Source of the DNA: Macrostomum lignano
Taxonomy: Eukaryota
DNA: 64,000 nucleotides
Assembly: GCA_002269645.1 (NCBI GenBank)
Contig: NIVC01000591.1
Span: 372,001 to 436,000 of the forward strand
Direction of reading: 5' to 3'
The position numbers and the translations under genes are program-made. This document shows, in pieces, positions 37,272-49,700 of this stretch. Positions within the stretch are counted from its first letter, which is position 1. The number at the start of each line of letters is the position of its first letter. Under the pieces are notes generated by a model. The model ran no database searches, was not told where the DNA came from, and was given only the letters and a program-made list of their open reading frames with translations.

Positions 37272-40200
37272 ATGCGAAGGTCTGCCGCTGAGCCGTCGGA
37301 CAAAGCTCTCGTGAGAGCTATAGTAACTAACGATCTAAAAACCATTGACGGCTTCACCTCCAACGCGAAGTCAGTTAACAGATCTGTGAGTATTGATGGC
37401 CACAATTTGACTCTAGTCATGCTAGCTGGCCAGTTTGAAAGGCATGAGATGTTGATGAAACTTATCAAAGCTAAGGCAGATGTTGACATTCAGACTGAAG
37501 ACGGAATCACGGCTTTGTTCATCGCCTCTCAGTATGGTTACAATCAAGTTGTCGAAACTCTTGTCAAAGCGCAAGCCGACGTCAATCTTCAACAAGTCGA
37601 CGGCGGCTCACCTCTCTACGTCGCAGCACAGCAGGGTCATCAGCTTGTCTCTGACTCACTCATCCGAGCAATAGCCGATGTGGATCTTCAAGAACTCGAA
37701 GGCTGCTCACCTCTCTATATGGCATCCCAGCTGGGTCATCTGCATGTCGTTAACTCACTCGTCAAAGCACAAGCCGACGTCAATTTGAAAGGAGCAAACG
37801 ACGAGTCACCTCTTTACATCGCTTCACAAAACGACCATCACCAAGTAGTTGACTCGCTTATCAAAGCACAAGCCGACGTCAATCTTCAGGCAATCCATGG
37901 AATATCACCTCTCTATATTTCCTCACAGGAAGGTCATCAACAAGTCATTGACAGACTTATCAAAGCACAAGCGGACGTAAACCTTCAACAAGCCGATGGC
38001 TGCTCACCTCTTTACATTGCAGCACAGCAAGGTCATCCGCATGTCGTAAACACCCTTATTGCAGCACAAGCCGATGTAAATCTTCAAGACATAGATGGCG
38101 CTTCCCCTCTTAATATTGCATCGCAGAATGATCACGTTAAAGTCGTCGACTCACTTATTAGGGCAAATGCCGACGCCAATCTTCAAGATAATAACGACTG
38201 CTCACCTCTTTACAATGCGTCACAAGAAGGCCACAGCAAAATCGTTGATTTGCTTATTAAAGCGCAAGCAGATGCCAATCTTCAGAGGGACACTGGCGAG
38301 TCACCTCTCTTCATTTCTTCAAGAAGTGGCCATCAAAGAGTGGTGGACTCACTCATCAAAGCACAAGCCGACATTGATCTTCAAGACGACGATGGCTTGT
38401 CCCCTCTCTACATTGCATCAAAGTATGGTCATGTAAAAGTTGTCAAGACACTTATCAAGGCACAAGCTGACGTCAATCTTCAGCAAGACACCGGTGAGTC
38501 ACCTCTATTCGTGGCATCGCAGAATGGTCATCACCGTGTCGTCAAGTTACTCATCGAGGCACAAGCCGATGTCAGCCTTCAGCGAGACACTGGCGAGTCA
38601 GCTATCTACATGGCAGCACAGAACGGTCACAGTCGTGTCCTCCAGTTGCTCATTCCTGCAGTCTGCAGCACAGGAAGTTTAAAAAAGCTGATAAAGGAGG
38701 CACTGTTTAGAGCTCAGGAATTCGATCAATTTAAAGCCGCTTCAATGCTTCAATCGGCTTTGAATGGCGTCTCAATCAGGAAGCACGTAAAGCTGCAATC
38801 AATAAAGTGAGTTTCTAAAATAAGTTAGATGGTTTTTATATTCAATATTTAGCCATATTTTGCATAGCTATGCTACATTGAATCTGGTGTTTGATTGTTT
38901 TACAAGATTAAACTGCAGTAGTTATATTGACGCTCGTACGCTTGAACTACTTGACTCTTTAAGGAAAAATGATAAAAAAATTTAGTGAATCAAGCAATAA
39001 AGCCAAACCCTGTTCAACCCTCAGAGCCGCCGCCCCCACCGCCCCCAGCGACGCAGAGCTGAGCCAGCAGCTGCACCAAGCGCTCAATCAATCGGGATTC
39101 GTGGACTCCAGAGCCGCATTGCAGAGCGCCGTGGCTGATGCGCTGCAGGACATTTTGAGAAGCAGATTGGATGATGACAAGTACCATGTGGTAGGCAGCT
39201 TCTCCGAGGGCTGGGGCAACAGTCTTACAACTCTTGATGGCAGAACAGCCATGGAATCTGATATAGATGTGATGCAGCTGTTAACTGGACAGCCAATTCA
39301 TCTGAGGCATCTGTGCAAATGCGCTAGTTCGACCAATCCAACGATGGAATACAGCAATGGACATATCATAAACCCCGGATATGGTAAGATATGCTTGAAG
39401 CAGTCCCAGATTAGGAACATGGACAATGCTTTCTCGAAAGTTTTGACGTATGTAGCTATTTATTACGAGGTAATACCGGGCAGCTTAATTTTCCACATAC
39501 ACGCATTACCGACATACTAACTAAACTTTCCAAACTTCTTGTACAAATTTCAGCCTCAAAACCATCGAAAGCAGAGGGAGGATCCAAGCTGAGACCTGCC
39601 TTTGACAACGTTGACGCCCGACGACTCTGCCGCTACCCGCCCATTGCGCCGCTACTCAACAACCGAGTCTCCGACTCAAACATCCCCCAGTCCGTGTTGC
39701 AGTCGCTCCAGCATCTCCTCACCTCTGCCTCATCGCCCTGTCACGTGGTGCACGCAGCTGCTCCCGGAAAGGAGGGCCAGCAGCTCCGAGTGAGCACCAG
39801 CTTCCTGGAGAGGCGGCTGCTGCGGAGTCTCAACACTCTGCAGGGCCAGCTGTTCGTCACGCTCAAGTGGCTGCTGAAGAAGGCCGTCCGACACGACGGC
39901 TTCAAGTCGTATCACGCAAAGACCATCACGTTCCGAATGCTGGAGGAGACACCGGCCGAGCAGTGGAGCGACGCTCGGAATCTTGTGAGTCTCGCGAGAC
40001 GCTCGCTGCAGATGCTTGAGAGCGACTGCAGATCAGGCGGACCTGACGCCAAGATCATGGACCACTTCTTCCTTCGCGATGCCGCTGTGTACCTGAGAGG
40101 CGTGGACACCAGCACATCGGCTGAGAAGGTGAGCGAAGCCTTGAGTCAGGCGGCCGATGCAGTGAGAGATGCGATTGATAGGCTGCCTGAGCTGCTGCTG

Positions 40201-41013
40201 GAGTTCGAGGACAGCCTGCGACCCGTCACCGACTCGGGCCGATTCCACTTCCACCCGTTCCTCATCCTGCCGCACATGGAAGCTGATCGACCTGTGTCAC
40301 AAGCGAAGGAATGCGAGTACCACGAGATCTATGACGTCGTGAGAGAGTCGGTGCTCCGTGTGTCAGACCGAGACCGAAGCCCAGAGTCCCGACAGCGTCT
40401 CTTGGAGCTGATCGGCAAGCTGCCAGACTGCGCCCGCTCGGCGCGAGAGTCTCTGAGGGCGCTGAGCTGCCTGAAGTTCGGCGACAGAGAGGCTGCAGCG
40501 AAAGTCGTGAGCGACTGCAGGCAGTTTAGGGCGAGCAGAGGCATCGACTGGTCCGCTGAGAGATCGGCGAGTGAGGCGACTGCGGACTTCGTGATGCAGC
40601 ACCTGAGGAGCCGAGACTCCGCGTGGAAATTCTGCTTTTGGTTTGACGAGCAACCAGATCTTCAGATAGAAATTGATTTTATCAGAACATTCTTTCCAGT
40701 CGAAATGGAGAATTACAGAACGTACTTCTTTGTGAATTTTGACGCTCTTCTTCAGGCCCTATGCTTTGAGCTGCTAGGGACAGGAGACTCAAACAGTGAA
40801 AATTGGATACGTGATGTTGCGCTGTGTAAAGATGCTGTTGATGAGCAAGAGCTGCTGGTTGCGTCCTATGGCTGCGAAGATGTGGAACTGTTGCGTCTCC
40901 TTCGAAATAAGAGCGTCAGGGTGTTTGGAGACGTGCCACAAAGGCTGGATCTGAAGATGCAGTATTTGTCAGGTGAGTTCGAACCGAAGGCCAAGAAGGC
41001 GAGACTGGAGTAG
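37272..41013 (+). CDS. Ankyrin-repeat / Mab-21 (cGAS-like receptor, cGLR) nucleotidyltransferase fusion, copy 1 (1117 aa)
   Basis: join(37272..38806,39025..39383,39554..41013) = 3354 nt, in frame. Donors AA|GTGAGT (phase 2) and G|GTAAGA (phase 1) match acceptors ccctcag|A and tttcag|CC. About 13 ANK repeats, then GSFSEG...[30 protein letters not shown]...[20 protein letters not shown]. Confidence 0.85.
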
Positions 41014-41789
41014 CTTAGTCAAACCAATGAGGTGCACATAAAGAAAGGGAAATTTGTCTGATCTGTCAGGCTCTGCATGTACGAGCTACATTGGGGCTTT
41101 GCTACTTTCATTTAGTTGATCTTTTGTTTTGTACCTAGTGTACAACTTATATTTTTTTATAACTGAACTGAAGACGCTTGTAATTTCCCTAATCTACCTT
41201 AATGATAGATACAATTCTTTGCAAATAAATCTGAGATCAACCTGAGTTTATTGTATATTTCAACTTATTCAAAAATTTATGAAATCAAGTAATTTTAGTT
41301 TTGTTATTAAAATTACTCTTAGTTTAATGCCGCTAAAAGTATAAAACCCTAGAAAATCAATAAATCGACTATAGTACAACTCTGCCTGAGCATGCTAATC
41401 TAAAACACTTTGAAAAGCTGCAAGCTTTTTGTGAGACTACCAAGCACACTGGCCTCTAAAGGCCCTGTTATGAGTGTGAGGCTCTTATCTTAGAATTCGC
41501 CATACCGAATATTATTACTCTGTGAGTATTAGCTGTGTCACGCGATAGCAGGCTGCTGGCTTGGCCCTCAAACCTCAGCTTCGCTATTGTCCTTTAGGGA
41601 TTGAGGTGGGCTAGTCTGCAGCTGGTCTGTTTGAGTAGCTTTGGTCGAGACGCCCAGAGGTTGTTTTTTTCCGCTCCGATGTGAGCAATTTTCCAGTGCT
41701 TACAAGCTACGCTCACAGATTTGTAAGACTCGCAGATATACCGAGATATTCTCTTATGAGTCTATTTGATGTTCTTATGATGGGTAATT

Positions 41790-42052
41790 AGCGATTCTTC
41801 ATCACTCTTCCAGCTTCCAGCTGGGTGATTAGCGATTCTTCATCACTCTCCCAGCTGGGTGATTAGCGATTCTTCATCACTCTCCCAGCTGGGTGATTAG
41901 CGATTTTTCATCACTCTCCCAGCTGGGTGATTAGCGATTCTTCATCACTCTTCCAGCTTCCATCTGGGTGATTAGCGATTCTTCATCACTCTTCCAGCTT
42001 CCAGATGGGTGATTAGTGATTCTTCATCACTCTTCCAGCTGGGAGATTAGCG
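41790..42052. repeat. 34/41-bp minisatellite (GGGTGATTAGCGATTCTTCATCACTCTCCCAGCT)n
   Basis: About 7 units. Confidence 0.92.
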
Positions 42053-42429
42053 ACAAAACGGTGGCAGGATTCGCAGTTATAAAATGTGACCCGGGCTTAA
42101 TTGATTGAGGAACCATTTTGAGTTGAAGAGATTTGGTGACCTCTATATGAGTTTTTACTTTTAATTTTTGTTCCATTCTCCAGGTACAATATTGTGCTAC
42201 AGTTTAACGAGAAAACAGCAAATTGAAGTTACATAATTTGAGTCTTTAACTTGGACTCAATGCCAAAACATTATTAATGTTTTTAATACTGGATGAGGTT
42301 TTACCCAACGCTGAAAATGACAAAAATGAATGCAATTACGCTTGTACGAATGCATTTTCGCCCCAGTTTCTCAGCTTTATAATTTATGGCCTGCGAGTGC
42401 CTGGACGAGTACTCACTGGGTGGCGGTTT

Positions 42430-42900
42430 AGAACACAGCTGCTCAAAGCGGCCGAGACACTCGGCTCTTAAGGCACTAAAATATCAGGCGAAGCTGCAGC
42501 ATGCAGAGTCTGAGACCGTCGCCATGACAACCGACCGAACGCTAAGCCGCAGATGAAGCTTGAGACGTAGAGGGAGTGGGGAGAGTTTGTGGGTGGCGAC
42601 GCAGAGCTCTGCCAGTTGTTTCAATAGCGCCTGAGAGGCTGGAAAGAATTGCGCAGTTGCGCTGAGATGAAGGACGATCGAAGAACTGTTGCACTGCTTT
42701 CTATTATTTCTTCTTCCAATTGTAAAGCAATAAAAAACTCTGGGTTTTTGCGTTTGGAGAGACAGCAGTGCAGCCCTGGGCAGAAAATCTGAATTGGTTA
42801 GAAAGCTGAGTATGGGGCGACTTCGATCTCAAGCAAGTCAGCCTTTGTTATTCTGGATGGGGCCGTGCCAGATAAAAGTTTGAGACTATGTAAACATTGA
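42430..42900. promoter_or_regulatory. Conserved non-coding block A with RFX X-box-like motif GTCGCCATGACAAC (42518-42531)
   Basis: Alignable by eye with 52527..53000; lies about 0.8-1.3 kb upstream of the copy 2 ATG. Confidence 0.5.
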
Positions 42901-43734
42901 CAAAGTTGAGACGTGCGTTAAAATGGGTGTTATGTAGACAAGTGTCATCCAGACAGGTGTTAGGCAGACAGGTGTTATGCTGACAGATGTTATGCAGAAA
43001 AGTGTTATGTATACTTGTACATGTATTATGCAGATAAATGTTATATGATGCATGTAATGCAGACAGGTGTTTTTCAGACATGTGCCATGCAGATATATGT
43101 TAGATATAGATACATGCCCCTGTCTGTTATGCAATTGATTAGAATTGAACCCAAATTGAACGATTCATCACTTTATTCATCACGATTCATCTTATCAATG
43201 ACGATTTCCCTTTGATGATGAGACATAAGTACTGTTTCTATTAATCTTTAACGGTTTTAATAATGCACTAAAGAGAAAAATGAATTTGAGTTAAAGAGAT
43301 GTTGTAGACAACACTTGTCTATATTTGAATCAATGTTTTCACAGGCCCAAGGGACAGTAGCATGCTGGCTTCCATGAATGCCGCACCCAAGGACTACTGT
43401 TGTTTTCTTAAAAAAACTTGACAAACATTTGAAATCGTTTATATTTTTGTCAGTGGTCACTCACTGTTGTCAAATTTTCTACAGTAGAAATATAAATTTA
43501 ACCGAGAGAAACTGGAAGACTAACAGCCAGCCAGCCACTGCATCAGCACTCACTCATTGGTTCATAGTCTGCTTAATTATATTTTCTGCCCACACATTCT
43601 GTTTAAACTTTTCAACTGCGGCCTTCTTAAGGTCTGAAAGCCCAAAAGCAACCATAAGCCAAAACACATGCAAGGCACGTTCAGTCAAGCTGAACAGTAT
43701 TCGGTAACTAAGCAAGACACACAGGCCCATTGCC

Positions 43735-46700
43735 ATGCGATTCCTGGAATGGCTGCTGAATTTCGTGGGCGCCTTCTGCATGCCCGTGTTCGAGTCCGGA
43801 TCTGACGCAGAGCTCTCGGACGAAACTCTCATTAAAGCGATTGCTTTAAACGACCTACATACAATTGGCAGATTTGTTGTAAGAACTAAGAATGTCGACA
43901 GGGTTGTAAAATTTAATGGAAAGAAGTTGACACTCGCTATGGTGGCAAGTCTTTTTGACAGACACGAAATATTAATACCACTTACATGTATTTCAGCAAA
44001 AGCGAATCTTAACAAACAAACTGAAGATGGAATCACAGCACTGATAATTGCATCAGAGCAAGGTCATGAAATAATGATTGACTCACTCATCAAAGCACGA
44101 GCCGACGTCAATCTTCAACAAAACCAAGGCGGATCCCCTCTTCACATTGCATCACAGAATGGTCATCACAAAGTGATTGAGTCACTCATCAAAGCAGAAG
44201 CCGACGTCAATCTTCAAGACATTGAAGGCAGCTCACCTCTCTACATTGCATCACAAAAAGGCCATCACAAAGTAATTGAGTCACTCATCAAGGCACAAGC
44301 CGACGTCAATCTTCAACAAAACCAGGGTTGCTCACCTCTCTACATTGCAACACAGAATGGCCATCACAAAGTGATTGAGTCACTCATCAAAGCACAAGCC
44401 GACATCAATCTTCAACAAAACCAAGGCGGATCACCTATTCACATTGCATCACAGAAGGGTCATCAAAAAGTGATTGAGTTACTCATCAAAGCTCAAGCCG
44501 ACGTCAATCTTCAACGAAGCACTGGTGCGTCACCACTCTACCTTGCATTACAAAAAGGTCATCAGAAAGTAATTGAGTCATTCATGAAGGCGCACGCAGA
44601 CGTCAATCTTCAACTCAACACTGGCGAGTCACCTCTCTACATTGCATCACATAATGGTCATCACAAAGTAATTGAGTTACTCATCAAAGCACAAGCCGAC
44701 GTCAATCTTCCGGAATTCAAAGGCTGCTCACCTCTCTACATAGCATCACAGAATGGTTATCACAAAGTAATTGAGTCACTCATCAAAGCACAAGCCGACG
44801 TCAATCTTCAACAAAACCAAGGCGCATCACCTCTCTACATCGCATCACAGAATGGTCATCAAAAAGTCATTGAGTCACTCATCAAAGCACAAGCCGACGT
44901 CAATCTTCAACAAAACCAAGGCTACTCACCTCTCTACATCGCATTACAGAATGGTCATCAAAAAGTCATTGAGTTACTCATCAAAGCACAAGCCGACGTC
45001 AATCTTCAACAAAACAAAGGCGCATCACCTCTCTACATCGCATCACATTTCGGTCATCACAAAGTAATTGATTCACTCATCAAAGCACAAGCCGACGTCA
45101 ATCTTCAACGAAGCACTGGCGAATCACCTATCTTCATTGCATCACAGGAAAATCATCACAAAGTGATTGAGGCACTCATCACTGCACAAGCCGACATCAA
45201 TCTTCAACAAAACCAAGGCGGATCACCTATTCACATTGCATCACAGAATGGTCATCAAAAAGTGATTGAGTTACTCATTAAAGCACAAGCCGACGTCAAT
45301 CTTCAACAAAACCAAGGCGGATCCCCTCTTCACATTGCATCAGTTTTTGGTCATCACAAAGTAATTGAGTCACTCATCAAAGCAGAAGCCGACGTCAATC
45401 TTCAAGACATTGAAGGCAGCTCACCTCTCTACATTGCATCACAAAAAGGCCATCACAAAGTAATTGAGTCACTCATCAAAGCACAACCCGACGTCGATCT
45501 TCAAGCAAACTCCGGCTGCACACCTCTCTACATTGCATCACAGGATGGTCATCACAAAGTAATTGAGCTACTCATCGATGCACAAGCCAACATCAATCTT
45601 CAACAAAACCAAGGCTGCTCACCTCTCTACATTGCATCACAGAATGGTCATCACAAAGTAATTGAGCTACTCATCGATGCACAAGCCAACATCAATATTC
45701 AACGAGACACTGGCGAGTCTCCTTTTTACATTGCATCAAATTATGGTCATCAAAAAGTGATTGAGTTACTCATCAAAGCACAAGCCGACGTTAATCTTCA
45801 ACAAAACCAAGGCTGCTCACCTCTCCACACTGCATCTGCAATGGGTCATCACAAAGTAATTGAGTCACTCATCAAAGCACAAGCCGACGTCAATCTTCAA
45901 GACTTTGAAGGATGGTCGCCTCTCTACATTGCATCACACAATGGTCATCACAAAGTAGTTGAGTCACTTATCAAAGCACAAGCTGACGTCAATTTTCAAA
46001 CAAACACTGGCGAGTCACCTCTCTACATTGCATCCCAGAAAGGTCATCACAAAGTCATTTACGCACTTATTAAAGCGCACGCGGATATTAATCTTAAATC
46101 TACGGATGGCAGCTCACCTTTTGAAGTTGCATCACAGAATGGCCATATTGAGGCCTTAAAGGTGCTTATTCAACATGCCTGCGCTGCGGTCACTCATTCT
46201 GATTATTTACAGGCCGCTTTTAATCGAGCTCAAGAACTGGAAGACAATGAGACTCCACGGATGCTGACTCAAGCCATGAGTAGGCATTATCGACAGCTTT
46301 TGGCTTCGTTGCCTTTGAAGAGGTAAGATACGGTATTGTAACGTAACCGCGATTAGACAGTACTTCAGCGGGTCCAGTTCGGCTCTAGTGATGATGTTTA
46401 GTTCAGTCGACGAAGCTTTTGACCGTATAGTCTTTGGGTTACCTGGCGATTACATTGAAAATAGAATAGCTGAAAGAAAAACGTCTGTTAGCTTGACTTG
46501 TGGCAATATCACTCGAGAAATAAAATAAAAAGCTGCTGCATCTTATTTTTATATTAAATTTAATTTTTTGAGCCCAGAACAACTGACACCAAGCTTCAAA
46601 GCTGACTTGATGTGAAGAAAATATCCAAAATGCAGGCGGATTGTATGAGAGTTCTCAAAGAAGAAAAATTGTCTGTAAACTCGCTTCTTATAATTTCCTG

Positions 46701-49700
46701 TTAATCACATGACAGATTTCGTTTCACTTATCCCGCAGAGCCGCCTCCAGCGACGCAGAGCTGAGCCAGCAGCTGCACCAAGCGCTCAATCAGTCGGGAT
46801 TCGTGGACTCCAGAGCCGCCTTGCAGAGTGCTGTGGCTGATGCGCTGCAGGACATTATGTGGAGAAGACTCGAGCATAACTTATTCGTTGTGGGCAGCTA
46901 CTCTGAGGGCTGGGGCAACAGCTTGGCTACTCTGGATGGCAGAACTGACCCTGACTCCGACATTGACGTGATGCGGCTGATATCAGGAAGCAGCATCCAC
47001 CTGAGAGATCTGTGCGAGTGCGCTGCTACGGAGACTGAAACAGTGGAGTACAACAATGGACACGTGTTGTATCCCGGATACGGTGAGAGCGATGTCCTTA
47101 ATGTCCTGACATTACCATGGTAAATATATTGGTTAGAGTGTGGCGATTTTAAACTCGCTTAACAAGATTATAAATCTGTAATTTTGACTTCCAATCCCCG
47201 GAAGTACTTTAGCATGTGTTCTAAAACCTGGTCATACTCAAACCTAGAACAAAAACTTGTTATTGATAGTTAGGATAGAGGTGAACAAAACTTGGAATAT
47301 ATTCATGTTTGTCAGTGATGTACTTGTAACTGTATTTTATTGAATGCTCACATGCACCCCAATCACACCGTCGCCCCCAATCATGTTCGCTGCTATCGAC
47401 TGCTCAGCCCGCCTCGCCCCTCGCTTGACTGATGCATACTCTATATATGCTTTATGATTCCCTTGACAAATACATGTTTTCTCGGGGTCGCACGTTCACA
47501 ATCACAATATACTAAATCTCTAAGATCCGACCGGTATTTCAGTCTTCACAATATACTAAATCCGGCCCCCTATACTAAATCTCTAAGGTTTGTATGTTTG
47601 ATTGTCCATAATCATAATCAGAATATACTAATCCAAATATACTAAATCTCTAATTTTATACTATTGTTGTGCCCGGGTACATTTGCACCGATGAGCAATC
47701 TCTGACTCTCAGTCAAGTGTGCCCGGCACTGCACTCCTAACCCTCCCGGCCGTGTGCCTGCGTCAACTGCGTTGGTTTGTGACTGGTCTTGCTTGACTAG
47801 TCAATAACCAGTTTTAAACTCCTCTCCTCTGCCCTGCCTTGTGTCGCTTTGCGTACGTTCTCCCTCTCCCTCTGTCCGCTCTGTGTGGGGGTTCTTGGCT
47901 CTGAGTGCGTGGGGTGGTGGTCCGGTGGGGTGTGCTTTAGCCTCTGCGCCGTCGCCCGTTTTATTGGCGTCTCGCTCAGTTGACTCTGCGTTTTTTGGTT
48001 GCCTGTGCGAGCTTAAATTTTTCCGCGCATCCCCTTTCGAGCCAATGCTGCTCTTGATTCTCCTTTTGGGTTTAACCCCCATTCTGTCTGCGTCAACCCC
48101 CCCCCCCGGCCCCCTCAATTTTGTCTGCGTCAAACTCTCCAGATACACCTAGCCCTCGGTTTACCCCCGATTCGCCGATTCCCGATTCGCCGATTCCCGA
48201 TTCGCCGAATTCCCGATTCGCCGATTCCCGATTCGCCGAATTCCCGATTCGCCGATTCCCGATTCGCCGAATTCCCGATTCGCCGATTCCCGATTCGCCG
48301 AATTCCCGATTCGCCGAATTCCTGATTTGCCGAATTCCTGACTCGCCGAACCTTCCAGTTTCTAATTGTACGACGCCACTGGTGGAAGTGGATGCATGCC
48401 AGGTGGGCCGGGTTGTGATTGGCCAGCTCTGGAGGCTCTCCTGCCTAGCCCTGTCCGCACGCTCGTATACGAGTATAAGGGCCAGATTTCCAGTTGAGGC
48501 AGTCACACTTTATAAATACAACTTAACACGTGACATAATAAGTTTTTTGCCACAAGAGTTTATTACATATTTTCTATCCTTTTATCTGAACTTTCCACAG
48601 CTGTTGTCACCTACAGTAATAATAATAATACAAATAATACAATTTTAATACAATCCAACATACAATATTACAATAATATAACTACAATAATAATTGTCTC
48701 CAAGTCTGATCCCCGGAAGCACTTGTTCAGCTGATGGTGCGCCTGTGTATGTGCGTGTGTGAGTGGACGGTCAATGTGGTAATCGGCGAGTCAGGAATTC
48801 GGCAAATCAGGAATTCGGCAAATCAGGAATTCGGCAAATCAGGAATTTCGGCGAAGCAGGAATCGGCGAATCGGGAATCTGCAAATCGGGGGTAAACCGG
48901 TATTTATTGCCTAGGGTGGCAGCGTTGGAAGCGCTCGTGAGTTTTATCTCAAGTTGCGCCAGCCAAATTCAGCCAGCCAGTTTCAGTCATTAAGCGTTGA
49001 GTAAGTTGCTTCTTTTCATTCTGAAGGCTGGATACTTGTATTGTATCAGGGCTATTAGGGACGGACCGATCAGAGTTACGACGCGATCCTCCGCACTTAT
49101 CTCGATGTCGGTCCGGCCAGAGGACCGCAGCTATCTCCGGCTCGTCCTTTGACGCTCGGAATTACGGAATTCGATTAGGCTGGTCACAACACTATCGACA
49201 AAAAATAATACAACAGACTATTACGCTCGTACGACCACGCAACTATATTTTCAAAATCAGGAAATATTCGGTTAGAGCAATCTAACTGAATATTTTTAAG
49301 TAAGGAAGTGGATTAATAAGTAGCTTTTAAGTAGGACAAGCTGTTGGGGGGGGAGGGCGTAGCCCAGCGGTAGCGCAGCTGCTCTGGTGTGCCAGCGACC
49401 CAGGCTCGATTCCAAGTGCAGTCACATTAATTTGGGGCTGAATTGGAATCTCGGCTTGGCTCTGCTCGTGCAATTAACGGCCTTGAGAGCCAACCCCCAA
49501 GGCGCAGTGAAGTGTACATGCCTAACGATAATATAAAGTTAGGGCCGCTGTACACTCCTGTGTGAGTGTGTGCCTGCGTACGTATCCGCGCGCTTGTATG
49601 CCTGCTCAGGGGAGTCGGCGGAATGGGCAGTAATGCCTCGCTTAAAGTGCGCCAGGGTGCACACAACCCCCTGCCTCTAATAAAATAAGGACAAGCTGTT

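Noticed and set aside
38969-39520. ORF-track start (MIKKFSE...) and end (...IHALPTY) for the NTase exon; likewise ORF 46803..47123
   Set aside because: These extensions are intronic: the acceptor is at 39024 and the donor at 39384, and paralogue similarity stops at these sites.
49347-49430. Functional tRNA gene
   Set aside because: Only A/B boxes are recognisable, with no convincing cloverleaf or acceptor stem; it is followed by a 260-bp body, A-rich tail and TSDs, which fits a SINE.
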